Origin: a virus
Lineage: Duplodnaviria; Caudoviricetes
Length of the DNA stretch: 37,973 nt
IMG/VR virus record: IMGVR_UViG_3300017902_000170
Location: 1 to 37,973 of that record
Direction: 5' to 3' (one strand)
Positions 31,517 to 37,783 of the stretch are shown here, piece by piece; position 1 is the first letter of the stretch, and every line of letters starts with the position of its first letter. Both the position numbers and the translations under genes were made by a program. The notes beneath the pieces are model-generated. The model saw only the letters and a program-made list of their open reading frames with translations. It did no database searches and was not told the DNA's origin.

Positions 31517-31932
31517 TATATCCTAGTTGATTGAAGAATAAATTCTATATTTTGTCTGGGAATAGCTAATCCAACGATATCATAGTTAATAGTTACTGTT
31601 AATTCATTAGTATCAAGCGGATATATCACTCTAACATCAACACGCCTGATTCTAGGTTCAAAGTTTTCAAGTAAAAGTCGTATATCATCCTCTAAAACTT
31701 GAGCATTATCAGGATCTGCCTGTTCAAAGAGAGAATCTTCGACAGCACTACCTAATAAGTTGTTATAAAAACGTTCACCAACTCTTGTTCTTACCAAATT
31801 TGTCACAGCTCGTTTGATCGCATCCTCATTTTCAAACACACCGATGTCATCCGTCACAGGATGGCGGGTAAATGTAAGACTTATATCCTTGAAAGGCGTA
31901 CTTTGGAGGTTGCGTTCGTCAACTTTAGCCAT
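31516..31932 (-). CDS. gp25: Baseplate wedge subunit gp25
   Basis: FKDISL.F..HPVT.D, AIKRAV.NLV.T..GERF...LGS and FEPRI motifs; immediately upstream of gp6. Confidence 0.93.
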   Translation of the reverse strand: MAKVDERNLQSTPFKDISLTFTRHPVTDDIGVFENEDAIKRAVTNLVRTRVGERFYNNLLGSAVEDSLFEQADPDNAQVLEDDIRLLLENFEPRIRRVDVRVIYPLDTNELTVTINYDIVGLAIPRQNIEFILQSTRI

Positions 31933-32054
31933 TACTCATTCAAATTTTGTTTTCTTTTTTCGTCATTGGCATCATCACCAACAACTTCACGCAAAAGATC
32001 GTCTGCTACGTCCTCTTCTGGTCGAGGATTAATGTATTTTTTATCGTCTGCCAT
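31932..32054 (-). CDS. Small acidic protein, 40 aa (MADDKKYINPRPEEDVADDLLREVVGDDANDEKRKQNLNE); not in the ORF track
   Basis: Hand-translated; TAATG overlap with gp25; late promoter variant about 22 nt upstream. Confidence 0.7.
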   Translation of the reverse strand: MADDKKYINPRPEEDVADDLLREVVGDDANDEKRKQNLNE

Positions 32055-32076
32055 AACAAATATACTAATTCAAATC

Positions 32077-32084
32077 TATTTAGA
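32077..32084 (-). promoter_or_regulatory. Late promoter variant TCTAAATA heading the gp25-gp6-gp7 operon
   Basis: CTAAATA directly after a terminator and before the ATG at 32054. Confidence 0.6.
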
Positions 32085-32087
32085 CAC

Positions 32088-32113
32088 AAAAAAAGACCCT
32101 TTGAGGGGTCTTT
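32088..32113 (-). terminator. Rho-independent terminator
   Basis: Minus strand reads AAAGACCC-CTCAAA-GGGTCTTTTTTT, a stem followed by U7. Confidence 0.8.
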
Positions 32114-32132
32114 GAGGTTTTTTTGATTGATT

Positions 32133-32288
32133 TTAACCAGCAGCTAATGGAGATTGCTTGTCATTTGTGTTTGCGGCAGCTTTTTTTCGTGCTTGAGCAC
32201 TCACATCATACTGTCCTTTAACACTTCCACTAGCAAAACCAGCACTTTCTACGTTATGGGGAGCTAATTTTGGATCTGAATCTGCCAT
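32133..32288 (-). CDS. Small protein, 51 aa (MADSDPKLAPHNVESAGFASGSVKGQYDVSAQARKKAAANTNDKQSPLAAG); not in the ORF track
   Basis: Hand-translated; AAAGGT SD-like sequence, late promoter upstream and terminator downstream. Confidence 0.75.
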   Translation of the reverse strand: MADSDPKLAPHNVESAGFASGSVKGQYDVSAQARKKAAANTNDKQSPLAAG

Positions 32289-32305
32289 TTTTGACCTTTT
32301 TCTTT

Positions 32306-32491
32306 TTATTTATCAATTTGAGCTCGTAATCTGTCGGGTGAGATCCCTTCATTCATGTAAAAATTGAGTCTGACCCTTGCCTGTTCCCTATCAAGACCTA
32401 CATCTTGCTTCGGATCGTTGACACACCAGCCTGATGTGCCTAATTCTACGACCTTGTACTTTACATTTTCCATTGGTTGTGGTGTTGTCAT
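32306..32491 (-). CDS. Hypothetical protein (61 aa)
   Basis: TAATG coupling to the glycosyltransferase stop. Confidence 0.7.
   Translation of the reverse strand: MTTPQPMENVKYKVVELGTSGWCVNDPKQDVGLDREQARVRLNFYMNEGISPDRLRAQIDK
32307..32314 (-). promoter_or_regulatory. Late promoter variant GATAAATA
   Basis: Encoded by the final GAT AAA TAA codons of the 61-aa gene, 18 nt upstream of the ATG at 32288. Confidence 0.65.
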
Positions 32492-33249
32492 TAGATAATC
32501 CTCGTTTTTTCATGTCCAACACGGATTTTTGGATCAATCCAAATTTCCATACCCGCTTCTTTAGCGTCTAAACAGAAAGATACGTCTTCTCCACACATAT
32601 CTTGTACATCTCCAGACTCAAAGACTTGCATTTTGGGAGCAAACCAAGGATATTTCATCTCTTTATGCTCGAATACACCATTTTTAATCAACAACCAACC
32701 AAATCCAGTGTAATCAACAGTGAAAGGCTTGCGTCTACGAGAGATTGACTCGATAGTTTCGTGATTCATCACTCCACCATTCTTAGCAAAGTCCTCTTCT
32801 TCTAGCCAATGTGCAACAGATGTTGTTTTTCCGTCCTCTGTGCAGTACCAACCACCAGCAATATCCTTTTGCATCCATACTAAACGATAGAATTTCTCTG
32901 TATCAAATACAATATCAGAGTCTATCCATAATTGATAGTCATATTTTAGTTTTCCATCCCAAGGAATCTGATCTGGGCCTCTTAATACGTTAGCACCAAG
33001 ACACTTGCACCTTGCAAAGTTAACCATTGATGAATAATCTTGTGAGATCTGAATACTCGATCCATTCTGCACGAGGTCAAAGCATAGTTGAACGAAGTTC
33101 TTTAAAAAGATATAAGATACTCCTCTTCCTGGCAGACAGAAAACTATTGCTTTACCTTTAGCTAATGCCTTTGCCTTTTCTAAATCAAAGTCGTCTTCGA
33201 CCTTTTTAGTTTTGGGGGCATTTGCTTTTACTGTAAATCCTTTTGCCAT
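32491..33249 (-). CDS. GT-A fold (family 2-like) glycosyltransferase
   Basis: NFARCKC, LWIDSDIVF (DxD motif), TGFGWLLIK..VFE, GEDVSFC and VGHEK motifs. Confidence 0.8.
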   Translation of the reverse strand: MAKGFTVKANAPKTKKVEDDFDLEKAKALAKGKAIVFCLPGRGVSYIFLKNFVQLCFDLVQNGSSIQISQDYSSMVNFARCKCLGANVLRGPDQIPWDGKLKYDYQLWIDSDIVFDTEKFYRLVWMQKDIAGGWYCTEDGKTTSVAHWLEEEDFAKNGGVMNHETIESISRRRKPFTVDYTGFGWLLIKNGVFEHKEMKYPWFAPKMQVFESGDVQDMCGEDVSFCLDAKEAGMEIWIDPKIRVGHEKTRII

Positions 33250-33272
33250 AACATGTTGTAATTACATTCTTA

Positions 33273-33301
33273 AGTATACCACGGTCAAACCAATTTGTCC
33301 A
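33273..33301 (-). promoter_or_regulatory. Sigma70-type early promoter TGGACA-N17-TATACT with extended -10 TG
   Basis: 17-bp spacer, TGgTATACT, about 23 nt upstream of the glycosyltransferase ATG. Confidence 0.65.
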
Positions 33302-33326
33302 TAGTGTTATATTATATAGTCTTTTT

Positions 33327-33989
33327 TTATGAGCCCTTTTTGAGAAACTCCTGACTATTACTGGGGCCTAACAACATTCCCTGATCGTAAATATCCGTGA
33401 CAACGTTGCTGTTGATTACGATGTCACCAGCTAACGATAATCTTTTTTCATCAGTTTGGAAATGGGGGTAAACCGCATGATACAAGTCACTAGGGAATAG
33501 TAACATGTGTCCTTCATTATATTGCTTCTCTAACTTCCAGTTTACTTTACGAGTTCTACCTATGATATCTGAGTACGTTAATATAAAATCCCCTGCGTCT
33601 GGGTGCATTGCATCTTTTACAGATTGTTCAACATTTGCAACAGCTGGTAACTTTAACCAAATGACAAATGACCAGATAGCATCATGATTATGTAATGCTT
33701 GATATTCTCCTTTACCAGTATAATTTGCCCAGAACTTTTGAAAGGTCAAATCATGTATATGTGTAGTCTTAAGTTTCTCAGGAAAACCGTAGTCCGTAAC
33801 ATACTCTTGTATGATGGGATTTAATACTTCTTTTTGAAATCTATTATCATCATCAATTAACATCCATTGTTGTTTAGCATCATCAGGTTCATACTTCTCT
33901 ACCAGATGATGTAAATGATCTAAGACATTTTTATCCAGAGTGACATCTAGAACAGCATAGTTCGGTAATTCAATTTTCTTCGTGTTCAT
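33327..33989 (-). CDS. Putative 2OG-Fe(II) oxygenase (TIGR02466 / 2OG-FeII_Oxy_5-like)
   Basis: WAN....GEYQALHNH...SFVIWL and EG.MLLFPS.L.H.VYP.....RLSLAGD: HxH...H triad plus the 2OG-binding R-x-S. Confidence 0.8.
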   Translation of the reverse strand: MNTKKIELPNYAVLDVTLDKNVLDHLHHLVEKYEPDDAKQQWMLIDDDNRFQKEVLNPIIQEYVTDYGFPEKLKTTHIHDLTFQKFWANYTGKGEYQALHNHDAIWSFVIWLKLPAVANVEQSVKDAMHPDAGDFILTYSDIIGRTRKVNWKLEKQYNEGHMLLFPSDLYHAVYPHFQTDEKRLSLAGDIVINSNVVTDIYDQGMLLGPSNSQEFLKKGS

Positions 33990-34140
33990 TCTTAATCACC
34001 GCTATTTCTTCTGTGCGAAGTTCATCATCAGGATAATAATTGAAAAATGCTTTTATGTGTTGTAGTTTATCTTTGACTTCCCTACCAGGCACGTTCTCCG
34101 CAATGAGATAGCCTCCGATTGTTATGTTATAGGTACTCAT
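33970..34140 (-). CDS. Hypothetical protein, 56 aa (MSTYNITIGGYLIAENVPGREV...); not in the ORF track
   Basis: Hand-translated; fills the gap and overlaps both neighbours. Confidence 0.6.
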   Translation of the reverse strand: MSTYNITIGGYLIAENVPGREVKDKLQHIKAFFNYYPDDELRTEEIAVIKNEHEEN

Positions 34141-34294
34141 CTTCCCAAGTTGCCATCATGTCTTCTAGATCCTTTCTTATGTCAGGATGATACATGAGAT
34201 GATTATCATGCTCTAATCGAAAAGAGATTGATTCGTAGATGTATTCTAGCTCCTTGATGTCGAGCTCTATATTCATTGTTTCAGAAATGTTCAT
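34127..34294 (-). CDS. Hypothetical acidic protein, 55 aa (MNISETMNIELDIKELEYIYESISFRL...); not in the ORF track
   Basis: Hand-translated; fills the gap between oxygenase genes. Confidence 0.6.
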   Translation of the reverse strand: MNISETMNIELDIKELEYIYESISFRLEHDNHLMYHPDIRKDLEDMMATWEDEYL

Positions 34295-34305
34295 TATAAA
34301 CTTAT

Positions 34306-34986
34306 CTATACATTTTGTACTTTTGGATCAGGGAACCATTTATTAGTACGATCTATAAGTTCCTGACTATTCAATACAATATCTCCAGCGATTGATATTC
34401 GCCATTCAGTTGTAGTGAAGTGTGGGTACACAATATGATTTATATCGCTTGGAAAGAAGACTATTTTACCTTCCATACTTTCATTCAGTTTGTAGTTCTG
34501 TTTTTTCAGTTGGCCACATGTATCAGGATACACTAATACAAAGTCCCCTGCTTCTGGTCTGAAACCAGGCTGTACCATACTTTCCACCTCACTATCAAAC
34601 GGAATCTTCAACCATACTACAAAGGTAAAGATACCTTGATGATCGTGAATACTTTGATAGTCTCCCTCATGACTGGCACGACACCAGAAACGACTAAATG
34701 CAAGTCCATGATCATGTGTTGATTTGATCTTAAAAGGGCAACCGTATGTATCAAAATACTTTTGAGTCATAGGCATCAGAACAGCATTTGCAAAGCGTTG
34801 TTCGTCATCAGCCAATGACCATTGTTTATCGTTTACATCTTCAATACTTAATAAACGATTACCTTCCCACTTCGACTTCGGGGCATACTTATGAATCAGT
34901 TTCCACACATAGTCCAGATCTTCTTGTTCTAACTGGCCTTCAATCACTCCATAGTTGGGTAGATCGACAGCATTACAATCTTTCAC
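34306..34986 (-). CDS. Putative 2OG-Fe(II) oxygenase, paralog of 33327-33989
   Basis: GDYQSIHDH.GIFTFVVWL and EGKIVFFPSDINHIVYP.....RISIAGD. Confidence 0.8.
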   Translation of the reverse strand: MKDCNAVDLPNYGVIEGQLEQEDLDYVWKLIHKYAPKSKWEGNRLLSIEDVNDKQWSLADDEQRFANAVLMPMTQKYFDTYGCPFKIKSTHDHGLAFSRFWCRASHEGDYQSIHDHQGIFTFVVWLKIPFDSEVESMVQPGFRPEAGDFVLVYPDTCGQLKKQNYKLNESMEGKIVFFPSDINHIVYPHFTTTEWRISIAGDIVLNSQELIDRTNKWFPDPKVQNV

Positions 34987-35485
34987 GATACCTCTTTCTT
35001 CCTAATACCACTTTGTCCATCATAGCTTCAGTATATCTTCCTATGTAGTATCCCTTGGCCTCCAGTTGTTTTGAAGTATCGTCCAACGCGCTGATTTTTT
35101 GTATCATCACAATGGTAAACATCTCATCCAACTTTGTCAACAACCATAAATCCTTGCCCTGTTGATTCAGAAACGTGTTGAGTCCATCGACGCCGCCAGA
35201 CATTTGATCTGGATTAATATTATTAGCATTTGACTTTGCAGCCACTATCACGATATCATTACTTCCATCAAAGGCTTCACACTCTCTTGAAACCACCTCC
35301 CAGTAGTCGTACGCGCTGAAATAGTCAAAGACCTTGACCAACTTCATACGGCCATCATCCTTTGCCTTCTTACTAAAGGGACAACGAGGCCCTGTGTAAC
35401 CTCCCTTGTTCTCTCCGTCGGGTAACTGTAACCAATCAATCCAATCAGCAGTATACTGCTCTAAATGATCTAAGACATGTGCCAC
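34973..35485 (-). CDS. Hypothetical protein with a W..WL..P...G..CPF motif (about 170 aa; likely GTG start at 35485)
   Basis: The ORF track starts at 35512, but a TAGTG overlap with the upstream stop favours 35485. Confidence 0.65.
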   Translation of the reverse strand: MAHVLDHLEQYTADWIDWLQLPDGENKGGYTGPRCPFSKKAKDDGRMKLVKVFDYFSAYDYWEVVSRECEAFDGSNDIVIVAAKSNANNINPDQMSGGVDGLNTFLNQQGKDLWLLTKLDEMFTIVMIQKISALDDTSKQLEAKGYYIGRYTEAMMDKVVLGRKRYRERL

Positions 35486-35685
35486 TAATAACTTTGATCC
35501 TCCCTGATACATTCATCGCCAATACAGACAGAGAACGACAAGCTATCAGTATGATAAGACCTGTAGATCCTGCCCCATATGACATTGAACTCTTCTTGAT
35601 TCAAATTTTTAAACAAACACTTATCCTCAAAATAAATGTGATAGGATTTTACTCCTTGATCCGTTGTGGTACTTGAATTGTCCAT
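35485..35685 (-). CDS. Hypothetical protein (66 aa)
   Basis: Co-oriented and tightly packed; YHIYFEDKCLFKNL core. Confidence 0.65.
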   Translation of the reverse strand: MDNSSTTTDQGVKSYHIYFEDKCLFKNLNQEEFNVIWGRIYRSYHTDSLSFSVCIGDECIREDQSY

Positions 35686-35972
35686 GAACCTCCTTTTAAC
35701 TCTACCAGCTTGAACTTTTTCTTATTGCGTTCAATTTCTAACAACCACGCTTCATTCATTGTACTGCCATATTCAACAGGATTCATACCAACGAAATCTA
35801 GTATAGCAGTATCTACCATATGATAGAGAGTATCCCAAGTGAGAGTGTATTGTAATGCAGACGCTATCTGTTCAACCTCATACTCTGAGAGGTTCTGATT
35901 CAAGACGCCTAATCTACATTCGACTAACTCATTCAAGTCAATCTCTATCTTGCTATTCTTATATATTGCCAT
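35649..35972 (-). CDS. Hypothetical protein (107 aa), paralog of 35993-36277
   Basis: ORF plus visible alignment with the neighbouring protein. Confidence 0.75.
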   Translation of the reverse strand: MAIYKNSKIEIDLNELVECRLGVLNQNLSEYEVEQIASALQYTLTWDTLYHMVDTAILDFVGMNPVEYGSTMNEAWLLEIERNKKKFKLVELKGGSWTIQVPQRIKE

Positions 35973-35992
35973 AATGAGTTCTTTACAGTTTC

Positions 35993-36277
35993 TTAATCAA
36001 ATGATATACCTTCTTCATCAGGAAGGTCTAATAGTTTTTCTTCTACCCAATGATCTTTGTTATCAATACCAGCTGCTTCAACATACTGCATGATATGTTT
36101 ATCCACTTGCTTGTAGATAGGATGTAAGTCTATATCCATACGAATATCATGTGCAATCTCTGCCACTTGCTTCTCAGTTAAACAATGATCAGGATGAAGA
36201 AGATCACAACAAGGGATCCTCTTCTCTATCAGCTGATTAATGTTTATACGAATCTCATAGTCGTTATAAACCGCCAT
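35993..36277 (-). CDS. Hypothetical protein (94 aa), paralog of 35649-35972
   Basis: ORF with TAATG coupling to the upstream peptide. Confidence 0.75.
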   Translation of the reverse strand: MAVYNDYEIRININQLIEKRIPCCDLLHPDHCLTEKQVAEIAHDIRMDIDLHPIYKQVDKHIMQYVEAAGIDNKDHWVEEKLLDLPDEEGISFD

Positions 36278-36375
36278 TAAAAGAACCTACCCTTAGATGC
36301 AAAGTTCACGATGGCAAATGATGAGCCTATACAAAAGGTCATCAATACGAGTGTTAATACAAATCCTTCAATCAT
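36277..36375 (-). CDS. Single-pass membrane micropeptide, 32 aa (MIEGFVLTLVLMTFCIGSSFAIVNFASKGRFF); not in the ORF track
   Basis: First ORF after a strong promoter; TAATG overlap; about 22 hydrophobic residues followed by a basic tail. Confidence 0.65.
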   Translation of the reverse strand: MIEGFVLTLVLMTFCIGSSFAIVNFASKGRFF

Positions 36376-36401
36376 TGTCTGTTTTATGTGTTTACCTTTA
36401 T

Positions 36402-36430
36402 AGTATAACACAAACCTGGCCCAGAGTCAA
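36402..36430 (-). promoter_or_regulatory. Sigma70-type early promoter TTGACT-N17-TATACT with extended -10
   Basis: Near-consensus hexamers, 17-bp spacer, TGtTATACT. Confidence 0.8.
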
Positions 36431-36566
36431 CCTACTGGCAAATTTTTTATATCCAAAAATTTTTTAATATCGAATAATATAGAGCTCTCGATTTTGGTTC
36501 GTTGTAGGTTAGGGACTTAAGCGTTTTTATAAACCGCATCGCTATCGCGATAAAAAAATAAAACAT

Positions 36567-36596
36567 AAAAAAACCCTGCTCCAAACGGAACAGGGG
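36567..36596 (-). terminator. Rho-independent terminator
   Basis: Minus strand reads CCCTGTTCC-GTTT-GGAGCAGGG-TTTTTTT, just after the stop at 36613. Confidence 0.85.
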
Positions 36597-36612
36597 TAGC
36601 GGGTGCTCTATC

Positions 36613-36792
36613 TTATATAAGGGTGGCATGCTTAGTGTTTATGCTGCCTCTGTTGGTATTGGTTCGGATGCCCTTAGTTTGGGATAGAAGCAGATGGCGG
36701 CGCTGTGGTTTCTGTGGTTTTAATCTGGTGTAAGTAATCTGCCTGCCATCTGGTAGCGTGAAAGTGCGCTGAGCGAGTATGTTCCGTGGCAT
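36613..36792 (-). CDS. Small, highly basic protein, 59 aa (MPRNILAQRTFTLPDGRQITYTRLKPQKPQRRH...); not in the ORF track
   Basis: Hand-translated; TAATG overlap with the upstream gene; terminator follows. Confidence 0.7.
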   Translation of the reverse strand: MPRNILAQRTFTLPDGRQITYTRLKPQKPQRRHLLLSQTKGIRTNTNRGSINTKHATLI

Positions 36793-37127
36793 TAGAGCGC
36801 AACCTCCATGCCGCTAACAAAATCTTCTTTGAGATGCTTATAAGTAAGATACCAATCAAAATTGCGCTGGATTACGCCAGTGCCTGTGGCAAATTCGTCT
36901 AGCAGGGCATTCAGTCTGCTCTTAGTGGTTACAGTCTGCCAACCGCCGTCAAATAGTACAATGCTATTAGCATATACTTCAGCAATCTTATTGCCATGTA
37001 GTTTGACAATGCTGCCTACCCTATCAGAAACGGAGCAATAAAAACTCTCAACAGAAGTGTTAGCGGACTGCCAGTGCTCCTTTCTGTTTCTGATTGCCCT
37101 GTTCATGTCTTTTTCAATTTTACGCAT
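36792..37127 (-). CDS. Cyanophage early hypothetical protein (111 aa; start MRKIEKDM)
   Basis: LHGNKIA...DGGWQT.TTKSRLNALL pattern. The promoter (37159-37186) and a GGAG SD place the start at 37127 rather than 37202. Confidence 0.8.
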   Translation of the reverse strand: MRKIEKDMNRAIRNRKEHWQSANTSVESFYCSVSDRVGSIVKLHGNKIAEVYANSIVLFDGGWQTVTTKSRLNALLDEFATGTGVIQRNFDWYLTYKHLKEDFVSGMEVAL

Positions 37128-37158
37128 TTGGGATGCTCCGTGTTTGTTTGTTAGTTTA

Positions 37159-37186
37159 ATTATAAAGGATATGGCACAGAAAGCAA
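37159..37186 (-). promoter_or_regulatory. Early promoter TTGCTT-N16-TATAAT
   Basis: Perfect -10, followed by an AC-rich leader (AACAAACAAAC); same -35 as the promoter at 37751. Confidence 0.65.
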
Positions 37187-37194
37187 CGAGCAAG

Positions 37195-37218
37195 TGTGCC
37201 AATATTTTAATTGGTTAA
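37195..37218. repeat. 24-bp imperfect palindrome, copy 1 (TGTGCCAATATTTTAATTGGTTAA)
   Basis: Matches the copies at 37784 and 37847. Confidence 0.6.
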
Positions 37219-37394
37219 TCTTGGTCTGTATATTCACCATCAACAACCCTAGTGCCGTTTAGTGCATACCAAACAACCTGAGCATGCCCGAACTGTTGGG
37301 CGAGGTCATAACACATGCCCCAAGAATCATCGAGGGAAGCAACGCTTTCCTTAATGTTAGTGTTAGGGACTTCTACGAAATATTCTGTGATCAT
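37215..37394 (-). CDS. Hypothetical protein, 59 aa (MITEYFVEVPNTNIKESVASLDDSWGMCYDLAQQFGHAQV...); not in the ORF track
   Basis: Hand-translated; co-oriented and fills the gap. Confidence 0.7.
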   Translation of the reverse strand: MITEYFVEVPNTNIKESVASLDDSWGMCYDLAQQFGHAQVVWYALNGTRVVDGEYTDQD

Positions 37395-37440
37395 AATAAA
37401 AAAATGTGAATGTTTAAAAAAGGTTTATAATGGTTATACC

Positions 37441-37695
37441 CTATGCAAAGATAGGGTTAGCGTACTTGCTGCAAGGGTGTGGATCACTTGGAGAGCAACC
37501 GAAAGATGCTATAAAGGAATCTAACGCAGCAACCTCATCTGCGGTTAATGTATCGAAATCTACTGTAGCAATGTGATCTACGCCCCATTCTGCAACCTCG
37601 AATACAAATTCCTCCCAGTCGCAGCAAACGTGTGCAACGTTTTCAAAGTTATCTGACTTAAGGATTCTGTTTGAGATTGCTTCAACTCTGTTCAT
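37441..37695 (-). CDS. Hypothetical acidic early protein (84 aa)
   Basis: ORF directly downstream of an early promoter. Confidence 0.7.
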   Translation of the reverse strand: MNRVEAISNRILKSDNFENVAHVCCDWEEFVFEVAEWGVDHIATVDFDTLTADEVAALDSFIASFGCSPSDPHPCSKYANPIFA

Positions 37696-37727
37696 AATTA
37701 AAAAACCTGTGTTTGATTTATATACCT

Positions 37728-37756
37728 AGTATATACACAAATTTACGAAAAAGCAA
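37728..37756 (-). promoter_or_regulatory. Early promoter TTGCTT-N17-TATACT
   Basis: 17-bp spacer; about 32 nt upstream of the ATG at 37695. Confidence 0.65.
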
Positions 37757-37783
37757 CCGATTACAACAAAAGATTAAGGCAAA

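Noticed and set aside
31814-32115. + strand 72-aa and 84-aa ORFs
   Set aside because: They are antisense to gp25 and the 40-aa gene, with no support.
33327-34986. Oxygenases as TET/JBP DNA-base dioxygenases
   Set aside because: The motifs (HxH, FPS.L.H.V.P, R.S.A) fit the TIGR02466-like family, not the HxD TET/JBP family.
36277-36375. Micropeptide as PetN or PetM
   Set aside because: Only size and hydrophobicity match; the diagnostic WGRNG motif of PetN is absent.
36447-36859. ORF-track 60-aa and 61-aa minus ORFs
   Set aside because: They cross a terminator or A-tracts, or overlap better-supported coupled ORFs in another frame.
37128-37202. N-terminal extension of the 136-aa ORF
   Set aside because: It overlaps the promoter and leader; the ATG at 37127 has an SD and the typical MRKIE start.
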